From Mobula hypostoma (taxonomy: Eukaryota): a DNA stretch of 64,000 nt. Positions 1 to 12,957 of this stretch are shown here, piece by piece (within the stretch, counting starts at the first letter, position 1; each line of letters starts with the position of its first letter). The DNA is taken from the NCBI RefSeq assembly GCF_963921235.1, contig NC_086097.1, forward strand, positions 128,094,001 through 128,158,000, read 5' to 3'. A program made the position numbers and the translations under genes. Under the pieces are notes generated by a model. The model did not search any database. It was not told the origin of the DNA and worked only from the letters and a program-made list of their open reading frames with translations.

Positions 1-82
1 CTGTGCATAGTTCAACCATGCCAACCAGTTTGCTTGCCTGCGTAACTTGCCAGTTTGTCTATTTGACTGTATTCGGCCTATG

Positions 83-1451
83 CACTCAGACCCCGCTTAA
101 TGCTGAGGATGTGTTCCTTGTAGGTGGAGTGCGATGTGAATCAGCACTATCCAGGGCCAATATAACATTCCGTAAATGGACATGTGTGGCTGATAGAAAA
201 AAAATCAAATCTGAGACATACAATATACGATTTTATGTATACACATAATTCGTGGAGTAAAAAACACCCAAATAAGCCTAACCAGTACCTCAGTGGAACA
301 GCAACACATCACAGCAGCAGCAGAGGGAAGCAGGTGTCGGTTACATCTTAGAGGAGAGACCAGGCTGTGGGTTCTTCTCTAACTTTGGCTTCTTCTTCAA
401 GTAGGCATCGAGATTTGGTTGTCTTTTCTTAAGTTTCCTCTCATGGAGCAGTTCTCGGTAGCAGGAATTCATGTTGAGAATGCCTCTCTTTGCCTCACTG
501 CTTCGCTCCTGGTGATGGTCATTATCGATGGACTGCTCCGTGACTTGTGTGGTTGTGATGGTGGTGGTGCTGAGGAACTTTGTGGTGATGTGTCCTGCTG
601 GTGTTTCTCCTTCCTCATCTGTGTCCTCAGATTCACCCAGGATGCGTTGCTCTGCTAATTCTTGAAGCTCTTTGTTATTAAGGCTCTTGCTGTCCGCATT
701 GCCACTTCGCCAGAGATACGTATGCTATGGAGGTTAGTGTGCTGTTTAAATCTTTCAAACCAACCTCTGCTGGCTGTGAATGCTACCAACGTTTCTTCTT
801 CTTCTCTTGAATATGACTGAAGATGCTTCTTGCTTTTTCCATTATTATCAGCTGGCTTAGGGGCATGTTTCATTCTGTTTGGTCATCCACCCATATATTT
901 CGTCTATTTTCCATTTTTTTCAAGCAAGTTGTTCCTTGAACGAGTCTCCTTTACAGATGATAACTTTGATGTCATCGCTGCAGAAGCTTTTATCTTGTCT
1001 GTATTTTTTTATAGTTGTTCTGATTGCGACGTACCCAATTTCAAATAGGCAGCAAATCAGCCTGATGCTCACCAGCTTCCAAACGCCATATCACTCGTAG
1101 TTTCACATCCACGCTAATGATTTTCCTCGACACCTTAGATGTACTACCCTCACTGGAAGTGACAGGCTGTTTTCCAGACATTGTGGGTGAAAAACATAGT
1201 ATAAATTGGCTAGGGAGCAAGAATGATAACATCCACACAGGGGAGGCAGAGTGTGAACTAATATGTGGTTGGCTGTGAGTGGCTCAGAGCGTATGTAAAG
1301 CGCTTTGATTGACTGATTGATCGTTTACTGTAATGGCAGCCTCTCGAAGTTTTAAGTGCTGTTTGGAATGAATTTTTGTCATTTTTAAAACTTTGAATAC
1401 AGAATTGAATAACCGTGTTGTAACGAATCAGTGCTATGCGGGGTCTGAGTG
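83..1451 (-). mobile_element. pogo/Tigger DNA transposon, internally deleted, both ends present
   Basis: Perfect 14-bp TIRs CACTCAGACCCCGC (83-96) / GCGGGGTCTGAGTG (1438-1451). TA at 1452-1453; TG at the left end. Internal transposase remnant. Confidence 0.85.
697..1181 (-). pseudogene. Frameshifted Tigger transposase N-terminus (CENP-B-type HTH domains)
   Basis: Across frames: RKIISVDVKLRVIWRLEAGE, KMENRRNIWVDDQ, MPLSQLIIMEKARSIF, FTASRGWFERFKQHTNLHSIRISGE. No DDE domain seen. Confidence 0.85.
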
Positions 1452-2249
1452 TATCCTCTGAACCTTTCCTATCTATGCACCTGTATAAATGTATTTTAAA
1501 CATTGTAGTTGCAAGTGTAATCTCAAAACTCAAGCCCTCCTGTTTTGATACATCATCCTTTCGAACCTTGTCTCCGCCATCTCCAGCCTAATCGCATTCT
1601 TTCTATAGCAGGATGACTAGAATTGCATAGAATACTCCAAATTTGGTCTCTATGCTTGAAATTACATTCTACCACTGTGTGCTGAGGGAATTTCACCTGT
1701 CTCTCCGTACAGGTGGTGGAGGGAAAGGGCAGAACCAATCTACTCTCCAAAATTTTTTCTTCACTATACTTCAGCAATGAAGGGTGCTGCTGTGGAATTG
1801 CTTTATGTCTTCCTCTTCTCTCTCTGCCAGATTCTTCCAACAACCGTCCACCTGCTCCAACACATTAGTGCTTTTTGACAGTTCTCTGCAAGAACATGCA
1901 AATAATGATAAATGGATCCTTAAAACTGGGCCAAAATATGTCAATATTTTCTAGGCTCATATTGGAGTTTATTGTGAACAAAATTAAGACATACTCTCAC
2001 TAATTATTTTAACTTCTTTAAGAAGGAAGAAATATTCCTCCTTGCCCTAGGGATTACACGTGATGTGTCAACACCCACAGTGGTGAATAAGGATTAAGTA
2101 CAAACATTCACAGAACAACGATGCTCGTATTTAATGCAGCCTGAAAGAGGGCATTCAGCACATCAGATCTATGTCTGCTCCCAGAGTAATCCCATCAGTA
2201 CAATTCCTCTCTTTATTTTCTTGCATTCTACTCTCTCTCGTATTTCCCA

Positions 2250-2542
2250 GACTTATGAATAGCTTCTTCCTCATTGCTATCGGACTTCTGAACCAATCAC
2301 CTCCCTTACAGCCCCTTCCTTGCTCTTGTAGACTCTATCTCTCATGGCTATTCTGTTATTGTTGCTTTAACATTGCTTTCTCCATGACTTCAATCTGCAT
2401 TATGGACCTTGTACCATTTTGTTGTCTTGTGATTGTCATTGTATTTATGACCATGTATGCTGTTTATTCCGCGAGCTTCATGCTAGTAAGGAATTTCATT
2501 TCACCCTGGTATACATGTGGCAATATGACAATAAACTAAACT
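2250..2542 (+). mobile_element. Rex1/Babar-like LINE 3' end
   Basis: AATAGCTTCTTCC...CTTCTGAAC ORF-end motif and GACAATAAACTAAACT tail resemble other Rex tails in the window. Confidence 0.55.
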
Positions 2543-2580
2543 AGCTCTCACCCCTCAATTCTTTTGTCACCTTTTTACAC

Positions 2581-2865
2581 GGAGGTGCGGTAGCGTAGTG
2601 GTTAGTACAACGCTTTACCGTAGAGGCGACCCGGGATCAATTCCCAACGCTGCCTATAAAGAGTTTGCACGTTCTCCGCATAGCCATGTGGGTTTTCTCC
2701 AGCTGCTCTGGTTTTCTCCCGCAGTCCAAATGTGTGGCGGTTGGTAGGTTAATTGGTCTTTGTAAATTGTCCAGTGATTAGGCTGGGATTAAAATCAGAA
2801 TTGCTGGGCGGAACGGCTTAAAGGGCTGTACGGGCGAATTCGATGTTGTATGTCAATAAAACAAA
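2581..2865 (+). mobile_element. tRNA-derived V-SINE
   Basis: A box TAGCGTAGTGG, B-box-like GGATCAATTCCC, V-domain GAGTTTGCACGTTCTCC...GGTTTTCTCCCGCAGTCCAAA, A-rich tail. Confidence 0.8.
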
Positions 2866-2889
2866 ATGCACAGTGATTAATTTACATGA

Positions 2890-3050
2890 ACTGGTTAACC
2901 TATCTGCCAGCATGACTTTGCATTGTGAGAGATAACTGGAGCACTCAGAAAACCATGTAGTCAGAGGAATTACATGCAGACTCCACCCAGAGTATACTGG
3001 CAGTCCGGATCAAGCCTCCATCACTAGAGCTGTGGCCAATATGTTGCCTT
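2890..3050 (-). mobile_element. Degenerate V-SINE fragment
   Basis: Reverse-complement V-domain (ACTGGAGCACTCAGAAAACCATG...CATGCAGACTCCAC). Confidence 0.55.
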
Positions 3051-3499
3051 CCACACATAGTGCATAGCATACAGCTTTTCCTCAATTCACAGAGAGCTGA
3101 AATTTTGAAATAATGCCATTCACTCTTCGTGAATCCTGCTTTGGATTTACATAGTTATTTTTTCCAATTCAGCCTGGTGCTTAAATTGATCAAGCCTCGG
3201 GTCTTTCCTCACTCTCAGGACAGGCTTTGACTTTATATTGTCTCTGGATTGACTCCACTCCCCTGGACTCTGCTTTGAGTCCACCTCACCTCTGCCTACT
3301 TTAATGCTGAGCATAACCATCCTTTCAACCTTGAGTGCTTGAGGTCAAAGCACACACATTCCACAAAGTATCAGTCACAACTGCTCGGTGCCAAGTTTGA
3401 GCCCCATTACTAAGGAGACCATTTTTCTGTATTAGTTTCAGGCGATTGACTCTCAGCAGCTCCTGGTTTGGAAAGGCTTATCATATTGGGTGCAATGAT

Positions 3500-6325
3500 A
3501 TCAGAATCAGATTTATTATCACCGATGTGTGTCATGAAATTTGTTAACTTAGCAGCAGCAGCAGCAGCAGCAGCACAATGGTATACCGGACATTCAAGAG
3601 TGTCAGGGAAGTGAAGTATGTGCAGTGAAAATTATGACTGAGAAAATGCTCAGGAAGCTTAATGGTCTGAGGGTGGATAAATCTCCTGGACCTGATGGAA
3701 TGCACCCTCCAGTTCTGAAGGAAGTAGCTGGAGAGATTACGGAGGCATTAATGATGATCTTTCAAGAATCGATAGATTCTGGCATTGTACCAGATGACTG
3801 GAAAATTGCAAATGTTACTCTGCAATTTAAGAAAGGTGGGAGGCAGCAGAAAGGAAACTATAGATCTGTTAGCCTGATATCAGTGATTGGGAAGTTGTTG
3901 GAATCAATTGTTAGGGATGAGATTACAGAATACCTGGAGGCACATGACAAGATAGGCCAAAACCAGCATGGTTTCCTGAAAGGAAAATCCTGCCTGACTA
4001 ACCTACTGCAATTTTTTGAGGAAATTACAAGCATGGTAGACAAAAGAGATACAGTAGATGTGGTGTACTTGGATTTTCAGAAGGCTGACAAGGTACCGCA
4101 CATGAGGCTGCTTAGCAAAATAAGAGCCCATGGAATTACAGGGGAGCTACTAGCATGTGTGAAGCGTTGGCTGATAGGCAGAAAACAGAGAGTGGGAATA
4201 AAGGGATCCTATTCTGGAGTTCCACAGGGGTTGGTGTTGGGACTGCTGCTTTTTACAATGTATGTCAATGACTTGGTCTATGGGATTAATGGATTTGTTG
4301 CTAAATTTGCCGATGATACAAAGATAGGTGGAGGAGCGGGTAGTGTTGAGGAAACAGAGAGCCTGAAGAGAGACTGAGATGGTTGAGGGGAATGGGCAAA
4401 GAAGTGGCAAATGAAGTACAATGTTGGAAAGTGTATGGTCATGCACTTTGGTGGAAGAAATAAATGGGCAGACAATTATTTAGATGGGGAGAGAATTCAA
4501 AATGCAGAGATGCAAAGGGACTTGGGAGTCCTTGTGCAGGATATCCTAAAAGTTAACCTCCTGGTTGAGTCGGTGATGAAGAAGGCAAATGCAATGTTGG
4601 CATTCATTTCTAGAGGTATAGAATACAAGAGCCGGAATGTGCTGTTGAGGCTCTTTAAGATACCACACTTGGAGTATTGTGTGCAGTTTTGGGCTCCTTA
4701 TTTTAGAAAGGATGTATTGACATTGGAGAGGGTTCAGAGAAGATTCACGAGAATGATTCCAGGAATGAAAAGGTTACCGTATGAAGAAAGTCTGGCAGCT
4801 CTTGGGCTGTATTCCCTGGAGTTCAGGAGAATAAGGGGTGATCTCATAGAAAGATTTTGTATGTTCAAAGGCCAGAACAGATTAGAAATGGCAAAGTTAT
4901 TTCCCATGGTAGGGGAGTCTAGGACAAGAAGGCAGGACCTCAGGATTGAAGGACATCCATTTAGAACTAAGATGCGGAGAAATTACTTTAGTCAGATGGT
5001 GCTCAATCTGTGGAATTATTTGCCACAAATGGCTGTGGAGGCCAAGTCTTTGGGTGCAATTAAGGTAGAGGTAGATAGGTTCTTGATTAGCCAGTGCATC
5101 AACGGGTATGGGGAGAAAGCAGGGGAGTGGGGATGACTGGAAGAATTGGATCAGCCCATGATTGAATGGCAGAGCAGACTCGATGGGCTGAATGGCCTCC
5201 TATATCTTATGGTCTTATGATAATATAAAAACAAATAAATAAGTAACTCAGTTACAGTAAAGAAATATATATATGTAGTTTGAATAGATTACAAATAATG
5301 GTGCAAAATCAAACTAATATTTTTTTTTAAAGTGAGGTAGTGTTCACTGGTTCAATATCCATTTAGGAATCGTATGGCAAAGGGGAAGAAGCTGTTCCTG
5401 ACTCACTGAGTATGTACCTTCAGTCTTCTGTACCTCCTACCTGATGGTAACATTGAAAAGAGGGCTTGGGTGATGGGGGTCCTTAATAATGTACATCACT
5501 TTTCTGAGACACCGCTCCTTGAAGATGTCTTGGATACTACGGAGGCCAGTATCCAAGATGGAGCTGACTAATTTTACAACTTTCTGTAGTTTTTTTTCGG
5601 TCTTGTGCAGTAGACCACCCCCACCCCCCACCATACCAGAGAGTTATGCAGCCTGTCAGAATAATCTCCAAGGTACATCTATAGAAGTATTTGAGTGTCT
5701 TGGGTGACAAGCCAAAACTCTTCAAACTCCTAATGAAATATAGCCACTGCCTTGTGTTCTGTATAGCTGTGTCAACATGTTAGGACTGGGTTAGATCCTC
5801 AGAGATCTTGCCACCATCTTGCTCATTCTCTCTACTTTTGATCCCTCCATAAGGATTGGTTTGTGTTCCCTTGTTTTCCCCTTCCTGAAGTCTACAATCA
5901 GATCTTTTGTCTTACTGACACTGAGTGTAAGGTTGTTGCTGTGACCACTCTCAGTTAGCTAGTATATCTCGCTCCTGTGCACCCTCTCATCTCCATCTGA
6001 GATTCTACCAGTAAGGGTTGCATCATTGACAAATTTATAGATGATATTTGAGCTATACCTTGCCACAGAGTCATGGGTATTGCAAGAGTAGAGCTGTGGG
6101 CTAAGCACACACCCCTGAGGTGCACCAGTGTTGATCATCAGTGAGGAGGAGATATTATCACCAATCTGCACAGATTGTGGCCTTCTGGTTAAGAAGGTGA
6201 GGATCTAGTTGCAGAGGGAGGTACTGAGGCCCAGGTTCTGTAGCTTATCAATCTGGACTGTGGGAATGATAGTGTTAAAAACTGAGCTATAGTCAATGTA
6301 CAGCAATCTGACAAAGGTGTTTGTA
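3500..6325 (-). mobile_element. Rex1/Babar LINE (5'-truncated), split by a CR1 at 3580-5219
   Basis: 3' tip at 3500-3579 and body at 5220-6325 are collinear with the copies at 20379 and 50715. RT motifs [35 protein letters not shown]. Confidence 0.85.
3580..5219 (+). mobile_element. CR1 LINE, 5'-truncated, RT region with stops
   Basis: ORFs 3625-4377 and 4411-5136: KSPGPDGMHP, QHGFLKGKSCLTNL, SGVPQG, KFADDTK, HLEYCVQFWAP. Tail TCTTATGGTCTTATG. Confidence 0.95.
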
Positions 6326-6354
6326 CTGTATATATACTGGGCTTATTGGGTAAA

Positions 6355-6515
6355 ACCACGTTATCTCCTACAGGTCAGTAAGTTAATTAGGTACTGTAAA
6401 TTGCTTTCAATGTGTGGGCGAGGGATAGTTGATGGGAATGTAGGAGAGTTAGTGTAATTGGATGGCTGGTGTTCAGCGTGGGGCTGAAGGACCTGTTTTT
6501 CTGCTGTATGACACA
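6355..6515 (+). mobile_element. V-SINE 3' fragment
   Basis: AGTAAGTTAATTAGGTACTGTAAATTG matches the post-V-domain part of the SINE at 2581; CR1-like tail. Confidence 0.5.
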
Positions 6516-6648
6516 GTGGCATCTGATAGGTGTATCCTCCTACTTTCAAACTTAAGAGTCAGCTGTCTAGCACTGCATGTTTTTGTTCTGTTGGCTTTAC
6601 AATGAGGTCTATTTCCTAAGCCTCATTAGTTGTGAAGTATATTCAGTT

Positions 6649-7000
6649 TAGAACACAGTACAGCACAAGAGCAGGCCTGTTGGCCCATAATTTTGTGCCA
6701 AACTAATTAAGCTAATAAACAAACCCTTCCTCCTGCACAGGATCCACATCCTCCAATCTCTGCATTTTCATGCACCTTTTAAAGAGCCTCTTAAACGTCA
6801 TTCTCATACATGCCTCTACCGCCACCCCTGTCAGCATATTCCAGACATCCACTGTGCGAAAAAACTTGCCCTGCACATCCCCTTTGAATTTCTCACCCCC
6901 TCACCTTAAATGCCCTCTAGCATTTGACATTTCAACTCTACGAAAAAGATACAACCTGTCTGCTCCACCTGTGCTCTCATCATTTTGTAACTTCTTTTTG
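6649..7000 (-). mobile_element. Old CR1 3' end
   Basis: TAGAACACAGTACAGCAC...GGCC tail and degenerate ORF2 C-terminus. Confidence 0.7.
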
Positions 7001-8712
7001 GTCTTCCCTAATAGTTTAACCAATCCCCCCATTGAATATTGGCTTTCTGCCGAGTGCTGGCAATCCGTTTCATCAAGAGTATTTTTTCCTCACAGGTTGC
7101 TACTTGTAACACAGAAGCTGTTCTAGGCACATCAGTCTTCAACCCACTCAAAGATGTCACTCACTCTAAATGGTCCTGCTGGTATTTACTTGTTTTAACA
7201 GAAGTGAAACTGGGACTTCCTGCGTTGACTGATGCAGAAATCCCAAATTTAATTGTTGATTTGGAATGCCAAATCTATCAGTTTGGCTCTGGAACCAAGA
7301 GTGACTGATTTTTCCTGGCATTACATTGGGGAATTGACTCTTGTAGCCTGTGACAGTCCAGTATGGCACAGGATTTATGAACCAATGGGAATACAAGGCT
7401 ACAACTCAAGGGATTAGGGGCAAGTAACCTGCTTCATTTTAAAGTAATTTCTGCTTAGTTTAATGCCATTAATTATTTTAAAGAATGTGTTTTTGGCTAA
7501 CTGCAGTATTTTCTATCATTTTAATGCTTTTTCTATGATTCTGAATGTCAGGGATGTTCAGTGATATTTAAAGCTTTCCTCATGCTGTGACAATCAGCCA
7601 AGCTTTGTTAGTTGTGAAAACATATTTGTTTCTTTCAGGATGGAGCTTCTTCCATTCGATATTAAACACTCTGGCCAGGTCATATCACTCGAGTTAGGGA
7701 TACAGGAAAGAGTGACACTACTCAGAAGATCAGGCAACTTCAAACAATGGGATAAACATGGATAGCAATTGTAAACAATGTTCTCTTGCCAGCAAGATCA
7801 TTGCAAACAGTCTATGGTGACTAAGACCGAGAAAGGGAGAGAAAGGTTGCCTATTATCCTAAACAAATCAATGAAATGTTGTGTGAGATAAGACTGCAAC
7901 AGGGTGTTAAAATTGACAGAGAGGACCACAGTTAGTTTTACTTTTGTTCATAGATAGCATGTAGGGGTCTAGCAGGTTGATTACTGTTGTAGTGTCAAGT
8001 TTTAGGTTCTAGCTACAATACTTGTTTATATCGGAACAGCTATTTATTTTTTAATAGCCTGCCATAGGGCTATAATCTTCCATTGCATTCCCTGAGGATT
8101 TAATTACAACTGTTTCCAAATCACTGCCATTTTTATAGGACAGGAGTAAAAAAAGGCAGTTCATAAAACTGTCAATTTACTGATAAATTAAAGAAAAAAT
8201 ATGTCTGCTTAGTGATTCAGCAATTCTATGTCAGTACCATCATTTCAAAGAATCAAATAAAGACAGGATAACAAGGTACTGATGTATTGAAGACATTCAA
8301 GGTTAAAAATAATGCAAAGGGCTATTTGTTAATCCTGTTCTTCAAGTTGAGGATTCGTGCAGAGAAAAAACCCAAACTCTGGAGTAAGATGCATCTGAAC
8401 TGAGTGATTTTAGTGCACATTATGAAACATATTATCATCTGCACAAGTGGTTTATATCAGGGTTAATCAAATTTTACTTCTGATCTGAGGTTTTGATTCT
8501 TGCCAATGAAAAGGGAGGATCAAGCAACCGTGGCTGACAAGGAAAGTCAAAGAGAGCAGAAAAGCAAAAGAGAGGGCATATAATATTGCAAAATAATGTG
8601 GGAAGATAGAGCATTTGGAAGCTTTTAAAAACCAAAAGAAGGAAACTAAAAAGCAATAAGGTGAGAAAAAATGAAACATGAAGGGAAACTAGCCAATAAT
8701 GTAAAAGAGAAA

Positions 8713-9152
8713 TAAACTCTTCTGGCTTCCAGCCAGGTAGAGGTATCAATTTTAACCACTGTTTTGATGACAAACTCTGCCATCTTCATCAGGGATGATG
8801 CCTGGGCTTGTCCAGTCCAGTGGTATCTATACCCCCATTGTCCATCCCCCGATTGGTTAGTCCTCTTCCAATCAGGTTTCTGTTGTCCGACCTTGATTGC
8901 AATCGAATTCCAGTTCTTACTTAGAGCAAGACCTTTGTCTTTGTTAAAATTCTTTTTCTCTAGTTTTATTTCAATGGCTTCCTTCACCGGGTCATCCCAG
9001 AAGCCACTGGCGTTGCAGTATAGTTTTGTGCCATTGAAGTCAATCCGATGGCCATTGCAAATGCAATGTTCTGCCACTGCTGACTTCTCTGGGTAACACT
9101 CAGATGTGTGTTTCCACTGTGTGTCCCGTCTGGCCAATATACACTGCTCCAC
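8713..9152 (-). mobile_element. Penelope/Poseidon-type PLE 3' fragment (GIY-YIG C-terminus and 3' UTR)
   Basis: EKSAVAEHCICNGHRIDF...KEAIEIKLEKKNFNKDKGLALSKNW, followed by a degenerate hammerhead motif. Confidence 0.8.
8755..8795 (-). ncRNA. Degenerate hammerhead ribozyme motif
   Basis: CUGAUGA-A-[GAUGGCA/GAGUU/UGUCAUC stem II]-AAAAC; G12 has become A and the cleavage triplet has decayed. Confidence 0.6.
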
Positions 9153-9814
9153 TGAGGAATGTTTGATGGTTCTGGGTCTGTACTCACTGGAATTTAGAAG
9201 AATGAGGGAGAGTCCCATTGAAAAATATCATATATTGAAAGGCATAGGTAGAGTGGACATGGAGAAGATGTTTCCTGTTGTGGGGGAGACTAGGACCAAG
9301 TGGTGCAGCTTCAGAATACAAGGACGTAGAACAGAGATACAAAGGAATTTCTTTAACCAGAGGGTGATGAATCTGTGGAATTCACTGCCACAGATGGCTG
9401 TTGAGGCCAAGCCGTTGGGTATATTTAAAGCAGAGGTTGATAGGTTCTCGATTAGTAAGGCTATCAAAGATCTATGGGGAGAAGGTGGAGGAATGGGGTG
9501 GAGAGGGATGATAAATTAGCCATGATGGAATGGTGGAGCAGACACGATGGGCTGAGTGGCTTAATTCTGTTCCTACGTCTGATTGTCTTATGGTCTTGTT
9601 TTTGAGATTTCATTCTGCAACACTTTTCTGCAATATTATCAAATATTGGTCCTTTCTATTGTGCTAAAAAATTATTTTATGCATGTTCGTAACCCCGCAA
9701 AGTTCTAACATCTTCCAACTTTTTAAAGTTGGATTTATTTAATAGTTTATTAGAAAATTTTGTCAATCTAGCTTGAGTATTATACGATAACTTAGATTTT
9801 ATCTGGGATTGTAA

Positions 9815-10188
9815 GTACAGTTGGTTTATTTTTGTCACACATACCAAGATACGGTGAAAAATTAGTTTTGCATGCCATCCATACAGATCATGTCAAAACA
9901 TAAGCACATCAATGTAGTACAAGGGAAAAGCAATAACAAAATGCAGAATGTAGTCTTACAGCTACAGACGAGGCGCAGTGTAGCTGGACGATAAGGTTCA
10001 ATAGCTATGTGACAAGTAGATTGTGAGGTCAAGAATTCATCTATAATGTTTGAGAAGTCATTTCAAGAGTTTTATAGAAGCTGTTCTTGATCCTGGTGAT
10101 ACGCCTTTACACGCTTTGTTATCTTCTACCTGATGGAAGGAGAGAAGAAGAGAGATTATCTAGGAGTGGAAGGGTCTTTGACTATGTG
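9815..10188 (-). mobile_element. Rex1/Babar-like 3' end
   Basis: GAAGCTGTTCTTGA...CTTCTACCTGATGGAAG motif shared with other Rex copies. Confidence 0.65.
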
Positions 10189-10244
10189 GAAACTTCAGAT
10201 ATAAATCTTGAAATGAATAGATTGAATCCATTTAAGTTGATTGA

Positions 10245-12957
10245 AAGGATTTGTACTTCTCTGGATCATTGGGGCCTTTCTGGGGGAGGTATGACCTGTA
10301 CAAAAAGGACAGGTTACACCTGAACCTAAAGGAGTCCAATATCCCAGCAGGCAGGTTTAATAGAGCTGTTAAGAAGGGTTAAGCTAATTCGGATGGGGGA
10401 TGGGAACTGGAATGATAAGGCTGAAGAAGGGGAAAACAGAAATAAATCAAAAATAGCATGCAACAGAGATGATTGAAAGGACAGGCAGGAGATGAGGCAT
10501 AATCACAGCTAGTGGGATGAGTTATAGGGCAATAGAGGCGTGGTGCAGTTAAAACAGAAAGCAACAAATAATGGACTGGAAGTGTTACATTTGAATGCAC
10601 GCAGCATAAGAAATAAAATGGACGATCTTGAAATTCAGCTACAGATTGGCAAGAATGACATTGTGGCCATCTCTGAAACTTGGCTAAGGGATGGCTGCCA
10701 TTGGGAGCTGAAGGCCCAAGGTTATACGGTATATCGGAATGATAGGTTAGTAGGCAGAGGGGATGGTGTGGCCTTGTGTATAAGAAATAATATTGAATCA
10801 TTAGAAATGGATGACGTAGGATCAGAAGGTGTAGACTCTCTGGGGTTTGAGTTAAGAAATGGCAAGGGTAAAAGGACCCTAATGGCAGTTGTGTACAGGC
10901 CTCTAAACAGCAGCCAGGATGTGGATTACAAATTACAGCAGGAGATAAAAAAGGCATGACATAAGGGCAATATCATGATAATTGTTGGGGATTTTAACAT
11001 GAAAGTGGATTGGAAAAACCAGGTCATTTCTGGACCTCAAGGGAGAGAACTTGTAGAATGTCCAAGGGATGGCTTTTTAGAACAGCTTGTTGTTGAGCCC
11101 ACTAGGGGATTGGCTGTGCTGGAATGGGCGTTGTGCAATGATCCAGAAGTGATAAGAGGCTTAAGGTTAAGGAACCCTTAGGGAACAGTGATCACAACAT
11201 GATCGAGTTCACCTTTAAAGTTGAGAAGGAGAAACTAAATTCCAATGTGTCAGTATTTCAGTGGAATAAAGGAAATTACAATGGCATGAGAAAGGAACTG
11301 ACCAAAGTTGACTGGAAAGGGACACTAGCAGGAAGGACAGCAGAGCATCAATGGCTGGAGTTTCTGCAAAAAATGAGGGAAGTGAAAAGCAGATATATTC
11401 TAAATGAGAAGAAATTTTCAAATGTAAAAAGGACGCAACTGTGGCTGACAAGTGAAGTCAGAGGCAAAGTAAAAGCAAAAGAGAGGGCATACAAGGAAGC
11501 CAAAGCTAGTGGGAGGATAGAGGATTGGAAAGCTTTTTAGAAACTTGCAGAAGGAAACTAAGAAGGTCATTTGGAAGGAAAAGATGAATTATGAAAGGGA
11601 GCTGGCGACTAATATCAAAGAAAATACTAAAAGCTTTTTTAAGTCTATAAAGGGTAAAAGCGAGTCAAGGGTAGATATAGGACCAATGCAAAATTATGCA
11701 GGAGATATTGTAATGAGAGACACAGAGATGGCAGAGTAATTGAATGCGTATTTTGCATCTGTCTTCACAGTGGAAGACATCTGCAGTATACTGGACATTC
11801 AAGAGTGTCAGGAAAGTGAGGTCTGTGTAGTGAAAGTTGTGACTGAGAAGGTGCTCAGGAAGCTTAGTAGTCTGAGGGTGGATAAATCTCCTGGACCTGA
11901 TGGAATGCACCCTTGGGTTCTGAAGGAAGTAGCTGGAGATATTGTGGAGGCATTAACAATGATCTTTCAAGAATCGATAGATTCTGGCATTGTACCGGAT
12001 GAGTGGAAATTTGCAAATGTTGCTCTGCTATTTAAGAAGGGTGGGAGGCAACAGAAAGGAATCTATAGATCTGTTAGCTTGACATCTGTGGTTGGGAAGT
12101 TGTTGGAATCGATTGCTAGGATGAGATTAGAGAGTAGCCAGAAGCACATGACAAGATAGGCCAAAGCTAGCATGGTTTCCTGAAAGGAAAATTCTGCCTG
12201 ACAAATCTACTGCAATTTTTTGAGGAAATTACAAGCAGGGTAGACAAAGGAGATGCAGTAGATGTGGTGTACTTGGATTTTGAGAAGGCCTTTGACAAGG
12301 TGCTGCAAGACGCAAGGTGCTGTCATTCATTTCTAAAGGTATTGGATATAAGAGCAGGGATGTGATGTTGAGGCTCTGTAAGGCACTCATGAGAACACAC
12401 TTGGAGTATTGTGTGCAGTTTTGGGCTCCTTATTTTAGAAAGGATATACTGACATTGGAGAGGGTTCAAAAAAGATTCACGAGAATGATTCTAGGAATGA
12501 AAGGTTATCCTATGTGGAACTTCTAGCAGCTCTCGGGCTGTATTCCCCGGAGTTCAGGAGAATGAGGGGGGATCTCATAGAAACATTTTGAATGTTATAA
12601 GGCCTGAACAGATTAGATATGACAAAGTTATTTCCCATGGTAGGGGAGTCTAGGACAAGAGGGCACGACTTCAGGATTGAAGGATGTCTGTTTAGAACTG
12701 AGATGCAGAGAATTTCTTTAGTCAGAGGGTGGTGAATCTGTGGAATTTGTTGCCATGAATAGCTGTGGAGGCCAAGTCATTGGATGCATTTGAGGGACAG
12801 ATAGATAGGTTCTTGATTAGCCAGGGCATCAAGGGTATGGGGAGAAGGCAGGGGAGTGGGGATGACTAGATGAATTGGATGAGACCATGATTGAATGGTG
12901 AAACAGACTTTATGGGCTGAATGGCCTACTTCTGCTTCTATATCTTATGGTCTTATG
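10245..12957 (+). mobile_element. CR1 LINE: end of esterase ORF1 plus ORF2 (APE endonuclease, RT) with a ~0.5-kb internal deletion
   Basis: DLYKKDRLHLN (SGNH-type ORF1 end); LNARSIRNK, ISETWL, VGDFN (APE); KSPGPDG, KAFDKV then a jump to FISKGIGYK; CR1 tail. Confidence 0.93.

Larger units (their letters stand above)
8503..9598 (+). mobile_element. CR1 pieces (8503-8712 ORF2 linker; 9153-9598 3' end) flanking a PLE fragment
   Basis: Left piece QPWLTRKVK...; right piece GLYSLEFRRMR...RVMNLWNSLP plus TCTTATGGTCTT tail. Confidence 0.85.

Noticed and set aside
2581..2655. tRNA gene
   Set aside because: The A/B boxes run straight into a V-SINE body and no complete cloverleaf is evident.
7639..7763. 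Acceptor plus short ORF MELLPFDIKHSGQ...
   Set aside because: Good acceptor but no convincing donor and no recognisable peptide.
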